A stretch of DNA of 63,884 nt, the filler included, from Chrysochromulina tobinii (lineage: Eukaryota): NCBI GenBank assembly GCA_001275005.1. It is 7 parts of 7 records of this genome, joined end to end, with 100 filler letters (N's around TTAATTAATTAA, not from the genome) between each part and the next. Parts side by side here need not be neighbours in the genome. Positions count along the whole stretch, not along the records: positions 10,397 to 24,552 come from JWZX01000651.1; positions 24,653 to 30,990 come from JWZX01000654.1; positions 31,091 to 42,958 come from JWZX01000656.1; 4 more parts are not named here. One strand, 5' to 3'. Each line of letters opens with the position of its first letter. Position 1 is the stretch's first letter. The notes beneath the pieces were generated by a model. It was not told where the DNA came from and ran no database searches. It was given only the letters and a program-made list of their open reading frames with translations. This document shows, piece after piece, positions 23,318-34,508 of the stretch. The translations under genes and the position numbers were made by a program.

Positions 23318-24373
23318 TTAATGACTGCTCCGGCTTTGGTTGAGTGACAACAGCACATGGTAGAGAAGCACGTTTAGCAGGCTGAGCGGCCCGTTTGCAT
23401 TCGCACAAAAATGAAGGCAATCGTTCGCCCACGGTCTGTGTGCATCCACACGTCGGTAGAGCGGAGCTGCATCGAGAAGCGCCACGCCAGTGCGTGCCGC
23501 GTGTGCGCGAGCCATTTGGTCCATGAATGGAAAATGGATGAACTGTGCCTTGGTATACGGGCGTAACGGCTCCACGAAATCCGGAAAGAAGCGAGCTATC
23601 GAAACGTTGTTGCCAAGGTCAAAGTTGACGCCGGGCTCAGGATTCGTGTCGAGAATCGTGCTGCCGCATCCGCCGGGATTTGAAGTCATCCACACGGCCC
23701 GTCCTGGCAGCTGCTCCGAAACGGTGTCGAAGATGTTCTGGAGGGTCGCGTTATAGTGTGTGGCATTGAAGTGATGATGCCTTGGTACAAATTTGGTGGC
23801 ACCGCCCATATTCTCGAACTGGTGGGCGTACGTTGACAACACGACCAGATCCGGCTTGAATTTGTGCATCCCCCACGACAAGCTACGACCCCGCTCAAAG
23901 TAACGAGGTGTTATTTGTCGGCTGAGCAACTCGGACTTCGAGAAGACGACCTGTTTGCTGCACAAATCACTCCCGTGCAATGCGCTCATGAGACTCATAG
24001 CGAACAGTTGCATCGTGGAGTCGCCGACGAGCAGCATGGTGCGATTCTGAAGCGCGTCACAAAAGTGGCGTGCCGACCAATCGTGTAAACGACAGGAACG
24101 TGGAGTCCACACGGTATCATTGAAATGATCTGGTGCGCAGCAATAAGGAAAGCTCAATGGTTTGTTCGTCGATATGTTGCGACACTTCCGCATCAACGAT
24201 AGCCAGTTGCCTTGAAGGCCTCGGTATACTGAATCGTCGTGACCACAGCAATCCCATGAATGTTGCCAAGCAGTGGGACGCACGGTCCACGAGCCATCCG
24301 TATGCTCGCCAGGCCGGCACTCTGCTCGGCGGTGCAGATCGGCGGTGCTGTTGTGCGTCGACGCCGACTGCAT
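23318..24373 (-). CDS. TBL/PC-esterase family SGNH polysaccharide O-acetyltransferase-like protein
   Basis: WTPRSCRL, LLVGDSTM (GDS) and DCLHFC (DxxH) motifs. Confidence 0.8.
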   Translation of the reverse strand: MQSASTHNSTADLHRRAECRPGEHTDGSWTVRPTAWQHSWDCCGHDDSVYRGLQGNWLSLMRKCRNISTNKPLSFPYCCAPDHFNDTVWTPRSCRLHDWSARHFCDALQNRTMLLVGDSTMQLFAMSLMSALHGSDLCSKQVVFSKSELLSRQITPRYFERGRSLSWGMHKFKPDLVVLSTYAHQFENMGGATKFVPRHHHFNATHYNATLQNIFDTVSEQLPGRAVWMTSNPGGCGSTILDTNPEPGVNFDLGNNVSIARFFPDFVEPLRPYTKAQFIHFPFMDQMARAHAARTGVALLDAAPLYRRVDAHRPWANDCLHFCANANGPLSLLNVLLYHVLLSLNQSRSSH

Positions 24374-24552
24374 CCCCGAATCGAGGTCGTGGAGTGGCAG
24401 TGGTGCGGGGGCGTCAGACGAGCTCCGCCAGACGAGAGACGTCGAATTTTGGGGGAGGAAGCAAGGCGACTTTTCGATACTCGTAGAGATATTTTGCGCG
24501 CGCAGCGCGCAACAAAATTGCGCCGCGCAGCGGCGCCAAGCGGCGCCGCAGG

Positions 24553-24652
24553 NNNNNNNNNNNNNNNNNNNNNNNNNNNNNNNNNNNNNNNNNNNNTTAA
24601 TTAATTAANNNNNNNNNNNNNNNNNNNNNNNNNNNNNNNNNNNNNNNNNNNN
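24553..24652. other. Artificial contig linker/gap
   Basis: 44 N + TTAATTAATTAA + 44 N. Confidence 0.99.
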
Positions 24653-27451
24653 CCCAGCACGCGCGGCTGCGCATGGTTGCGCCGACCACCAACTACGCCA
24701 CCGCCACCGAGGTCTTCTGGGACGGAAATTCAGCGTGCGCGGCAAGCGGCGCACAAACCCCTCTCTCTGCCGTCGTGGTCGGCTCGGCTACATCAGCTGC
24801 TGCTCCCAGCGGCCTCATCCGCTTCTGTGCGTGCCTCGGCCTCACATTTGTGCGTGCCTCGCCTGCTGCCCGCAGGATCGATGTCGATTTCGTGCTGATG
24901 AGATTCGACCTGAGCGCGCTCTCGGTCATGGCTCCCATCTCCCGCGCGCTCTTCCGCTACACCGTGACAAACCCTGGCGACGCGGCGGAGATGCACGAGT
25001 TCCGCCGCGGCTGGAATGCGAGCAACGTGACGTACAACAGCCTGCCGATGCCGCAGATGCCTCTTCCCTTTCCTACGGCGCTCATCGACACGTACTGGGG
25101 CCCGACGGTCAACGACGTCTTCACGCCTGCCGCCGGGGCCGCGGTAACCCTCGACGTGACGCCGAGCATTAACAGGTGGCTCACGGGCACGCCCAATCAC
25201 GGCTGGATCTTCGTGCCGACCTTCGGCGACAGCTGCGGCATTTACACCGCAAACTGGGCTACGGTTGCGCAGCAGCCGGCGCTCGAGGTGCACTTTGACG
25301 CGCCGCCCGCGCCGCCGTCGCCGCCCGCCCCGCCTCTTCCCCCCTATACCATCCCGCCGCCGATGGGGCCTCCGCCCACAATCCCCGGGATGCTCGAGTT
25401 CAACAGCCAGACGGCCACCGTCTCTGGCGGGTGCCAGTCGACCATGCTGAGGTCGAGTACCCCGGATACCGCCCAGTGGCAACAAACGAATCTGTGGTGG
25501 GATGGCGAGCAGGCTGATGGCACCCGCGACTATGTCCTCGTGCAGTTCACCGACATCATTGGGAACGCAGGGTACCACGTCCATCGGCACGATATCATCA
25601 CGAGCGCCAAGCTTCGCTACTTCGTCGACCTCTCGGCCTCGTCCAACTCCGTCGGGGACTATGCTGGCGTGCACGAGGTCCTCAAGCCATGGGAGGCCAC
25701 GAGCGCGACGTACAACAGCTTCGCGGGCAACCGTGGCCTCATTGTGAACGAGGACTTCAGCTCTGTGGAGGTTGGCATTGTAAGAGCCGAGGTGGCCGGC
25801 TGGAATGAGGTCGACGTCACCTCGTCCCTCGGTCCCTGGCAAGCGGGCCGACCGAACCACGGCTGGATCTTGGTGCCCACGGGCGGTAACGACGGTGCGG
25901 CTCTCCAATCCTGCAACGCGCCCGCCGACCGGCGCCTCAACCTGCGGGTCTACTATCAGTGGGCGCCGCCCGCGCCGCCCTCGCCGCCCTCGCCGCCGCC
26001 CTCGCCGCCCCGCCCGCCGCCCAAGCCTCCGCCGCCGCCCCCGCCGCCGCTAGACGTTATCATTCTCTCCGGCCCGAGCGCCTCGAGGTCGACCTGGATC
26101 CGCTCGACGCAGCCCACAACTGTGCAAGCGGAAGCGCCTTATCCGAACAATGTCATCTGGTGGGACGGCAACTCCCGAGATGAGACGGACCGCGACTATG
26201 TGCTGCTCTGGTTCGACATTTCGGGGATCCCAGCGAACCGCTTCCAATCCGCGACCCTCCGGTACGTTATCGGCGGGGACGGCAACTCGCCAGGCAACAT
26301 GGGCGAGCTGCACGACCTCCTTGTCCCGTGGAACATGTCCACCTCGTACAGCTCGCTGCCGTACGTGCCCACCAACATCACCGGCGGCTCGTCGAGGACC
26401 TACGGCGCGGCGGAGCACAACATGCCGTGCATGCTCGGCCCCCACTCGGTCGATGTGACCGACTCGGTCACCTCGTGGCTCTCGGGCACGCCCAACTACG
26501 GCTGGATCGTGGTGCCGACCTTTGCCAACGGCTGCGGCATGCAGTCGCACCTCTCCGCCACGGGCGACGCGCCCCAGCTCATCGTCTCCTTTGTGAGGGC
26601 CCCGTCGCCGCCGGCGCCGCCCCCCCTGTCGCCGCCGCCGCCGTTCGATAGCTTCCCGTCCTTCACGTACGCATTCAACGGCGAGAATTCGAGCTACACG
26701 GGCGGCTGCCAGTCGACGTGGATCCGCTCCAACACCCCCGACTACATCGGCGCCCAAGACACGGGCCTGTGGTGGGACGGGAGCAGCTCCACCGGCCACT
26801 ACGACTCGGTGCTCGTGCAGTTCCCCGACATCATCGGGTCCGGGCCGAACCAGCTGCGCCCGCACGAGTACATCCAACGTGCGACGCTCCGGTACAACGT
26901 CGACCCAACATTCTCGACCAACGCGCCGGGCGCCTCCGCCCAGCTGCACGAGATCTCGAAGGAGTGGAGCGCAAACTCCACGACGTTCCGCACCTTTGCG
27001 GGTGCGCAAGGCCTCAACGAGGCCGAGTACCGCACGCCAGCGATCGCGACTGCGCTCGCGAATCGGACGGGCTGGTTCGAAATCGACGTGACGGCGAGCG
27101 TCCAGAGCTGGGTCAACGGCGTCGGCAACAACGGCTGGATCTGGATGCCATCGCCGCAGTATCTCGGTGGATCTGGCGATGGCTCCTCGATGCGCGCGTG
27201 CAGCGCGCCGCCAGACCGTCGCGTCAACCTGGTCGTGCTCGCGGCGCAGCAGCCGCCCAGGCCGCCCTCGCCGCCCGCGCGGCCGCCCTCTCCGCCCGCG
27301 CGGCCGTATAGGCCGCCGCCGCCGCCGCCGCCCCCCGCGCCCCGTTCACGGTCATGACGATCCGCAACGCCCAGCACGCGCGGCTGCGCACGGTTGCGCC
27401 GACCACCAACTATGCCACCGCCACCGAGACCGTCTGGGACGGAAATTCACC
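24653..27451 (+). CDS. Partial multi-domain surface protein: four complete DNRLRE/CBM96-like repeats plus the start of a fifth, with Pro-rich linkers
   Basis: Repeated WWDG...LxxFD...DVTxSxxxW...PNHGWI units. Intron 24735-24875. Apparent frameshift in the C/G run near 27310-27345. Confidence 0.75.
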
Positions 27452-27574
27452 GTGCTCGGCCAGCGGCGAACAAGCCTTTCTCTCTGCCCACGTGGTCGGC
27501 TCAGCTTTTTCAGCTGCTGCTCCCAACGGCCTCATCCGATGTCGATCCGCTCCTGTGCTCACACGCGTGTATGC

Positions 27575-27823
27575 CGTCCGACGAAAGAGCTCAAGTCGAA
27601 CTTGATCAGGAGGGCGGATGTGTCAGTAATGACGCCTGAGATGACCTGTGTGGCCGAGATCGTCAATGGGCCGTCCCACCATCCTTGAGATTCGGCGTTT
27701 AAGTTCCAGGTCGGCCAGATGTTCCTGATGTATGTATCGGAGACGACACTCGGGCCTCGGATGATGACGCCCGCGGCCGAGGCGACCAACGCGAGGAAGA
27801 GCGTGGCTTTGTGCGACGTCATC
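27575..27823 (-). pseudogene. Inverted N-terminal fragment (signal peptide plus start of a DNRLRE-like domain)
   Basis: MTSHKATLFLALVASAAG...DTYIR...WWDG...LLIKFDLS on the minus strand, ending abruptly against the plus-strand DNRLRE gene. Confidence 0.55.
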
Positions 27824-27873
27824 GAGCAAGAGGACACGACGGCGGCTCGTTTCTCGGCTGCATGTCTGACGAG

Positions 27874-28710
27874 TCATCGGATTGGTTGAACGCCGGCTTC
27901 TTCGATCGCGTGCCTGGTACTGCCAAGCTCGGCAAGAAAAGGTTGCACCTGCGCCAGGAACAACTCGGGCACTTCCGCGAACGATGCGTGGCCGCACGGC
28001 AGAGCCGCCAGCCGTGCAGACGGAATGCTCTGCAACGCCGCCTTGCCATCCTTGTGCGCCGGAATCGCCGGATCATGTTTGCCGAACAGCAACAGCGTGG
28101 GCGCCTTGATGTGCGTAGACGCCTGGCGCAGATCGTTCTCGGGCCGAGCAAAGCTGCGCCACATCGCGCGATTCAGCGCCACTCGCTCCGGGGTGGACTG
28201 CAACGTTGCCGCGCGCTGCAGCATCGCATTGGCAGTCGGTGTGCGGTGCTTGAGATACAGGCCGGCAAAACGCCGCGGCGAAAGCGAAAGACCGCTGCCC
28301 TGAAGGCGGCAGAAGCTGCGCGTCAGCAAACTGTGCGGCGTGTAGCCGCCGGGTGCCACCAACACGAGTCCGCGCACAAGATGCGGGGATTCGACCGCCA
28401 GTCGCGCGGCCGCATTGCCACCAACCGAGTTGCCGATGAAGAAGGCCGGCGGCAGCGCGAGCGCAGTGATGAACTCGCGCAGGACCCTATAGAAGTGCAG
28501 CACCGTCATCGAACCGGGGTCCGCCGGTACATCTGACCCACCGTAGCCCGGCCAGTCGAGCGCCAGCACGCGATTGGTTTGCGCAAGCGCAGGGATGACT
28601 GCGTCGAAGTCCTGGCTGTCGCCTGGGTTTGCATGCAGCAGTACAAGCGGTGCGCCCTTGCCCTGCTCCATGTAGTGCACGGTGCCGGACGAAAGAGTCA
28701 GCAAAGGCAT
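27874..28710 (-). CDS. Alpha/beta-fold hydrolase (Abhydrolase_1), bacterial-like
   Basis: LVLLHAN, ALDWPGYG, GNSVGG nucleophile elbow, GKHD acid, CGHA His; intronless, 278 aa. Confidence 0.88.
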   Translation of the reverse strand: MPLLTLSSGTVHYMEQGKGAPLVLLHANPGDSQDFDAVIPALAQTNRVLALDWPGYGGSDVPADPGSMTVLHFYRVLREFITALALPPAFFIGNSVGGNAAARLAVESPHLVRGLVLVAPGGYTPHSLLTRSFCRLQGSGLSLSPRRFAGLYLKHRTPTANAMLQRAATLQSTPERVALNRAMWRSFARPENDLRQASTHIKAPTLLLFGKHDPAIPAHKDGKAALQSIPSARLAALPCGHASFAEVPELFLAQVQPFLAELGSTRHAIEEAGVQPIR

Positions 28711-28935
28711 TGTGCGGCACCTGCAATGAAGTGTTGGGCGACACGTGTGGTGTGCGTGCAGATAAACGGCGAGTTTTGGACGGGCCGGAAAATTTGCCCG
28801 AAGGCATTCATTTTTCGAGGCCCAACGAGTTTGGGACAGAACGGAAATGTCGGACCGCTACATGTATTAGACCTCCGTGAAGAAACCCTTGAACCTTTTT
28901 GCCAAGATAAATCATGTATGTGTGGCCCCCCTGCC

Positions 28936-30165
28936 TCAGCGCATATGCAGTTCTCCTCTCGTCGTGCTGTTAGTGTTCAGGTAGCCGTGGTGGTAGTCCC
29001 ACTTGAACCTATGGTAGAATCTGCTCGGGTGCGAGTCGTTGGCGAGCGCGTGATGCGGCACCGTCTCGAAGCCGATCGCCACGACGGAGCTGAACCCATC
29101 CATATTCACACGACGGCCTTGCGCGCCGAAAAATTGCGCTCCGGGTGGCTGCGCGTTCTGCAACGACGACCACGTGCAGCCGGACAGCTCCAGAATCTGC
29201 GCGCGTTCGAAGACGGTGGTGTTGCTGGCGTTCTGCGCCTCCCGCCGCTCACGCTCCATCCGCGCACAAGTGCTTGGCACACGCATCTCGCAAAAAGCAA
29301 AATTATTCTCGTCTTCGAGATCTTCGACGACGCGGCGTAGCAGCCGTCGACTGTAGCGCATCAGCTGCGTTGAGCTGTACATGGCGTCCTTGTACTCGAT
29401 GAAGCTGTGGTTCACCTTGTTTTTATGCGGGTAGTTAGCGTGCGCACCTTCAAGCTCGTGCCCAAGCAGGTCGTACGCAACCCGTAAGCCTTGAGCCCGA
29501 CCTGCAATCGTGCTGTTGGCGGAAAAGGGCTCGCCATGAAAGGCGGCAAGCATCCTCGGCAAACTGCCGGTCCATACCGTATCCCACTCCATGGTCCAAA
29601 AAAATTCGTACCGTGGCAGCGTGGCCGTGCAATTCGAAAACCAGAATAAGACTGCGGCGTCGCCCGAGTTCCAGGACCACTGGAATGACTTGTTCGTGGC
29701 CGACAAGTACCTCGTGTGCGGCCCTGCGCGGCGCATGCGCGCGACTGACGCGTAGCTGAGCGCGGGAAGTGTTGCTGATATTGTATCCGACTTGATGCAG
29801 GTGAGGTTTTCATACGAGCCGAGCTCGTCAGCAATGGCCTTCAGCGTCGACTGGCACTGCTCGGCATGATCAGCCCAGAGAGAGACGTGGTGGTCCATGG
29901 CGATCGATTTAACCAAGGGGTGGCCAGCCCGCCACTGTACGATCTGCTCGCGAGCGCGTCTGAAGATGTAGGCCGGCTTTGCGGTGTGCGTGTGCTGCAA
30001 GACAGCGATTCGCATCGCAACCGCCCCGTCTCGCTTTGCTGCTGCAGGCGTGGGACTGACATCCATCGTCCACCACCTCCGCCGCCGCCGCTTGCTGCCT
30101 GCGCGCGCACTGATGAGCACTGTGCCTCTTGCGGCTAGGAATTCGACCCCACATTGGCACGGCAC
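28936..30165 (-). CDS. Hypothetical protein, DUF3405/glycosyltransferase-like; start uncertain
   Basis: YEFFWTMEWDTVWTG motif; long ORF. Confidence 0.55.
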   Translation of the reverse strand: MPCQCGVEFLAARGTVLISARAGSKRRRRRWWTMDVSPTPAAAKRDGAVAMRIAVLQHTHTAKPAYIFRRAREQIVQWRAGHPLVKSIAMDHHVSLWADHAEQCQSTLKAIADELGSYENLTCIKSDTISATLPALSYASVARMRRAGPHTRYLSATNKSFQWSWNSGDAAVLFWFSNCTATLPRYEFFWTMEWDTVWTGSLPRMLAAFHGEPFSANSTIAGRAQGLRVAYDLLGHELEGAHANYPHKNKVNHSFIEYKDAMYSSTQLMRYSRRLLRRVVEDLEDENNFAFCEMRVPSTCARMERERREAQNASNTTVFERAQILELSGCTWSSLQNAQPPGAQFFGAQGRRVNMDGFSSVVAIGFETVPHHALANDSHPSRFYHRFKWDYHHGYLNTNSTTRGELHMR

Positions 30166-30379
30166 GATGGAAGTGTGAAAACATTAGCTGTGAAACAGAA
30201 CGTTTTCTCGATTTCCTCAAGGGTAAAGGCGAGCGTTCAAAGGCGAGTCCGTTCGTCAAGTTGCAACAAGGACTTTGGAATTTCCTATTTTGTACAGCTT
30301 TTTGCATCTTGACGAGTCTTCCGACGCAAACGCCGAATCGCCGACGCCGCCGCGCTGACGTCGCCGCTGCCGCGACGCG

Positions 30380-30990
30380 ATGCAATTCCTCTCGCCCCCG
30401 CGCGATTACCTCACGCCCCCGCGCGATCCCCACGTGAGGCCAGTCACCTACGCGGAACTCAAGCACATCCTGGAGGTAGCTGGCCAGGTGCCGCCGAGCG
30501 AGCTATTCCTCGCGTCGACAAAACACGAGCTCGTCGATCTTGTGCACAAATATCGCGTCAAGCTCCCCGTCGGGATTTCGCTCCCGGTATCGCCGGATCG
30601 CTCTCCCAGCTCGGTGATGTTCGGCTATGATGTGACGAACATGACAATCAAGGACACCCCTATGATCCCGCCCAGGTTGCCGCCTCTGTTCGCCCACCGC
30701 CTGCGGTTTTGGCTTCTGTTTGGGTCCCTGCTCGCCCTTGTCTTCTTCTCGGTCAGCATCGGCCTCTTCGAGAGTGAGTCGCCGATCGAGCTGACGCGTT
30801 CGACAGGGCCACTGCTCCATCTCATCTCCCCTCTGGGCGCACTTATGCGTGGCTTGGGCTTCTCCGTTGGAGTCATCAACTACTATCAGCCACCTTCGCT
30901 GCCGCCACCGTCGCCCCCGCCCCTGGCGCCGCCGCCACCCTCGCCGCCGCCTCCGAGCACGCCGCCACCGTCGCCGCCGCCACCGTCGCC
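30380..30990 (+). CDS. Membrane protein with a Pro-rich (PPSPPP) segment, 3'-truncated by the gap
   Basis: TM FWLLFGSLLALVFFSVSIGLF; the Pro repeat runs into the linker. Confidence 0.6.
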
Positions 30991-31090
30991 NNNNNNNNNN
31001 NNNNNNNNNNNNNNNNNNNNNNNNNNNNNNNNNNTTAATTAATTAANNNNNNNNNNNNNNNNNNNNNNNNNNNNNNNNNNNNNNNNNNNN
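30991..31090. other. Artificial contig linker/gap
   Basis: 44 N + TTAATTAATTAA + 44 N. Confidence 0.99.
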
Positions 31091-31843
31091 GCCACGCTCA
31101 CGCCCATCGTGCAAACAAGACTGGAGCACGAGGTTGAAGAGGTGGGTGGCAGCACTCAGGGCACCAAGCGAAATGAGGGGCACCAACCGGGCCCATGCAC
31201 GGGGCTGGATCATAAACCAGGCCAGAAGCGTAAACATGACGCCCACATCATATACGCGGTGTGGGTGCATAGCCAGGTACACGGTGATCTCGAGGAGGAC
31301 GCGCCGGCATGCCGCCAAGCTGGGATCTTGGACAGGCTGGCCTGCACGCTCGAACCAGTGGAGCGTGGCGGCAAGGCCGTGGCCGCAGCTCGAAGACGTA
31401 AGTACCACGGCGGCTTCAGCGGGCGAATGTGGCCCAGCGGCGAAGTGGCGCTGACGAGGAAGCCAGCCCGACACGCCGTCGAGCCGGCAGCGATAGTCCG
31501 GCATCGCATGGTGCGGCGGAAATCCTCGCGAGGCAAACATGCCGCATTGGGGGTCAACAAAGCCGAGCGAAAAGGAAGACTGGGTCTCCTCCGCATTAGG
31601 GGTCGACAAATTCCACAGATCCGCACAGCGGGGCGGGGGGAAAACCACATCTTCACTGGAGACGGGGGTGATAGTGGCGAAAACGTCAACAGGCGCCGCC
31701 GAAGAATTCCCGGAAGGGAAGCCATATCTCGTGAACGCAGGGTCAAACGAGGCGAGAAAGAGAATGAGAGACACCATGGCTCCACTCAACAACAAAACAC
31801 AAACATCCACGTATCCACTAATTCCCCACAGGGAATTCCCCAC
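31091..31843 (-). CDS. Hypothetical membrane protein, truncated by the gap
   Basis: ORF with an N-terminal and two or three C-terminal hydrophobic segments. Confidence 0.45.
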
Positions 31844-32492
31844 AGTGGTTACTGACTAAACCTGACTAAACTAACAGGTACTTCCGTATAAGGGACGATT
31901 TGGCGCACTGAGCATGCACATGCCCCGTGATAAAGACAACTCGGACCAGCCAGTAGAACCAGTACTGTACAAAGCGGACATACGTGGATATCATCAGGCA
32001 CTTTCCCTTTCAGACAACACACATCTCGCCTTCGCGTGCTCATATGCATGCATGCTAAGCATGCATCCTTGAGACGTGCATATTTGTAGAGACTCTGTGC
32101 ATATCTTCAGTACTGTACCTGAGCGTAGCGCTACATGTACATGTATCGGGACCCAGTTCGGGACCCAATTATGCGACTCGCGTCTCTGACTGACTCCAGT
32201 ACTAAGCCAGTACGACACGTCTCACGTGCGTGTTATAGTGCTACACCTACACGCACACTAAACGCACACAGAACACGCCCCCCCAATATCAATGCCCTAT
32301 ATTCCCCGTCGGCGCGCGAGTAGAACGGAGCTATATCCTCGTTGTACAATTGTACACTACAATTGTATCCGTGCGTGAGGGTCCGAACTCAACCCGTTTT
32401 GGGTCGGCCAGGTCGGCCTCAAAACCCGGGCAGTCAAATTTGACTTCTTGGAAATCCGTCCAACGTATAGTGACGCTCACCACCCTTAGTCC

Positions 32493-33935
32493 ATGAACTG
32501 CACGCGGCCGCTTGGAGGCTCGCTGCGCTCATTCGCTAATCTCATCTATACCTATCTGCCTGAGTTGCTCTGGTGGCTTGGCGGCCCCGCCGCATGGGCA
32601 TTGCAAGCGTATCGGCTCATGCTCTTTGTGGTGCTCCTTTTGCCGGGCTTCTTGCCGCACGCGTTTCGCTACTTTTTCACCTCTCCGCACGTGTGGGCCT
32701 CCTCGTACGGCGATTCGGTGCGGCACCGGCTCGATGTGTACGTGCCGCTGGGTCCCAACGGTGAGCCGCTCGCCACCAAGGAGGGTGCCGCCGTGCCGAT
32801 CGTGGTCTTCGTGACAGGTGGCGCGTGGATTATTGGCTACCGGATGTGGGGCTTCTTGCTCGGGTTCGCGCTGCAAAAGCACGGCGTGATCTGCATCTGC
32901 GTGGACTACCGCAACTTCCCGCAGGCGCGCATCCCGCAGATGATCGACGACGTCTCAGACGCCCTTGATTGGGTCTACGAGCACGCCTCTACCCTCGGCG
33001 GCAGCCCCGACGACATCACCCTCGTCGGCCAGAGCGCGGGGGCGCACTTGAGCGCGATGGTCTTGCTGCGAATCATGCGCCAGCGCAAGGACGCCACCTC
33101 GCGCCCACCTCTCCGCCGCTTCGTCGGCATCTCAGGCCCGTATGACATGCCCAAAATCAAGCCGTCGCTCTCAAAGCGTGGGCTGCACCCTGGGCTCATC
33201 GACGCGCTGGCGTGCGGCCGGCTTGCGGAGGTGTCGCCGTCGCTGCTGCTGCCCGTCTCGGCGACGCGCCGACCAACACCTTCGTCCATCGTCGGCGACG
33301 TGGAGCACGGCGAAAAGGCGCCCACCGCCGTGGCATTCGCGCCCACCGCCGCCACCGACTTCGCGCCCACAGCCGCCACCGACTTCGCGCCCACCGCCGC
33401 CACCGCCTCCGCGCCCGCCGCCGCCACCGCCACCGTGCCCGCCAGCGCTGACGACGTGGACGGAAGTCGCTCTCGCCGTCGGCGCGCCTCATCGGACGGC
33501 GCGAGCTCGCCTGCCGGCGCGGACGGAGCTCGGACTCGCCATCGGCGCGCCTCATCGGACGCCTCGATGGCGCTGCTGCGGACGCTCGGGGCCGCGGCGG
33601 ACGCGTCTAGTTGGAAAGCCGACTGGCCGCCAATCGTCCTCTTGCACGGTACAGCCGACCAGACGGTGCCGTGGGAGCAGAGTCACGACTTTGCCATGCG
33701 GCTGCGCGCGTGTGGCGCCTACTCCGTGACCGAGCGCTACTACGAGAACAAGTCGCACACCGATCCGATCGTCGAAGATCCTCTGTGCGGCGGCGACGTA
33801 CTCCTCGCAGACCTGCTCGACATGGTGCTCGGGCCGGCGGATCGGACGGCGGAGCTCAAGGCCGGGCTGTGGCCCTCTATGCTGCCCGCGCCCCGCTGGC
33901 TGTTCCCGCTCGCCAAGAGGATCAACCCTTTCTGA
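32493..33935 (+). CDS. Isoprenylcysteine alpha-carbonyl methylesterase-like (ICME family)
   Basis: FVTGGAWIIGY, DYRNFPQ, GQSAGAH, HGTADQTVP, SHTD and C-terminal INPF. Confidence 0.88.
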   Translation: MNCTRPLGGSLRSFANLIYTYLPELLWWLGGPAAWALQAYRLMLFVVLLLPGFLPHAFRYFFTSPHVWASSYGDSVRHRLDVYVPLGPNGEPLATKEGAAVPIVVFVTGGAWIIGYRMWGFLLGFALQKHGVICICVDYRNFPQARIPQMIDDVSDALDWVYEHASTLGGSPDDITLVGQSAGAHLSAMVLLRIMRQRKDATSRPPLRRFVGISGPYDMPKIKPSLSKRGLHPGLIDALACGRLAEVSPSLLLPVSATRRPTPSSIVGDVEHGEKAPTAVAFAPTAATDFAPTAATDFAPTAATASAPAAATATVPASADDVDGSRSRRRRASSDGASSPAGADGARTRHRRASSDASMALLRTLGAAADASSWKADWPPIVLLHGTADQTVPWEQSHDFAMRLRACGAYSVTERYYENKSHTDPIVEDPLCGGDVLLADLLDMVLGPADRTAELKAGLWPSMLPAPRWLFPLAKRINPF

Positions 33936-34508
33936 GGGCGCGCTGCGGATGCTGGCCTACGCAGTATTTATCTGGGCATCTAGCATGTTCAACTACACCC
34001 GAGGTAGCGGGGGAGCGGCCGACGGGAGGCGGGGTCAAGGGGAAGGGCCTCCGGTACTTCGCACTTGTATACATGCGTTGTATGGGCAGGCATCTACGCA
34101 TTTGCCAGTAATATTAACGCATGGTTGAACACGAGAACGTGAATAAGCTGTGAAAAGCGAGAATTACACTCTCTTCTGACTTGTACTTGTTCTCGTGGCA
34201 CGACCTGGGGCCCTGGGGGCGTCTATGTATGGCAGGGCATCCAATTGCCAATGCGGCTGGGGCTGCGACCCTGCGGCATGGACCCTGGTCGCTGCACGCT
34301 GGTGCGTGGCCTCTGGGCCCTCGCTGTGGCACCCCTCGCCCCTGGCCAGGCGGGTACATGCTTAAGACTACCGTAACTGAGAAGGAAAAACCAAACTTTG
34401 GGAGGCAAGAAACCATCTTTGGCATTAGTCCTCACATCTGTCCTTCTATGGGGCGGCGGCGTGGCGCGCTCTCACCACCTCTTAGTCCTCCTCGTCTGCG
34501 AGAGCCAG

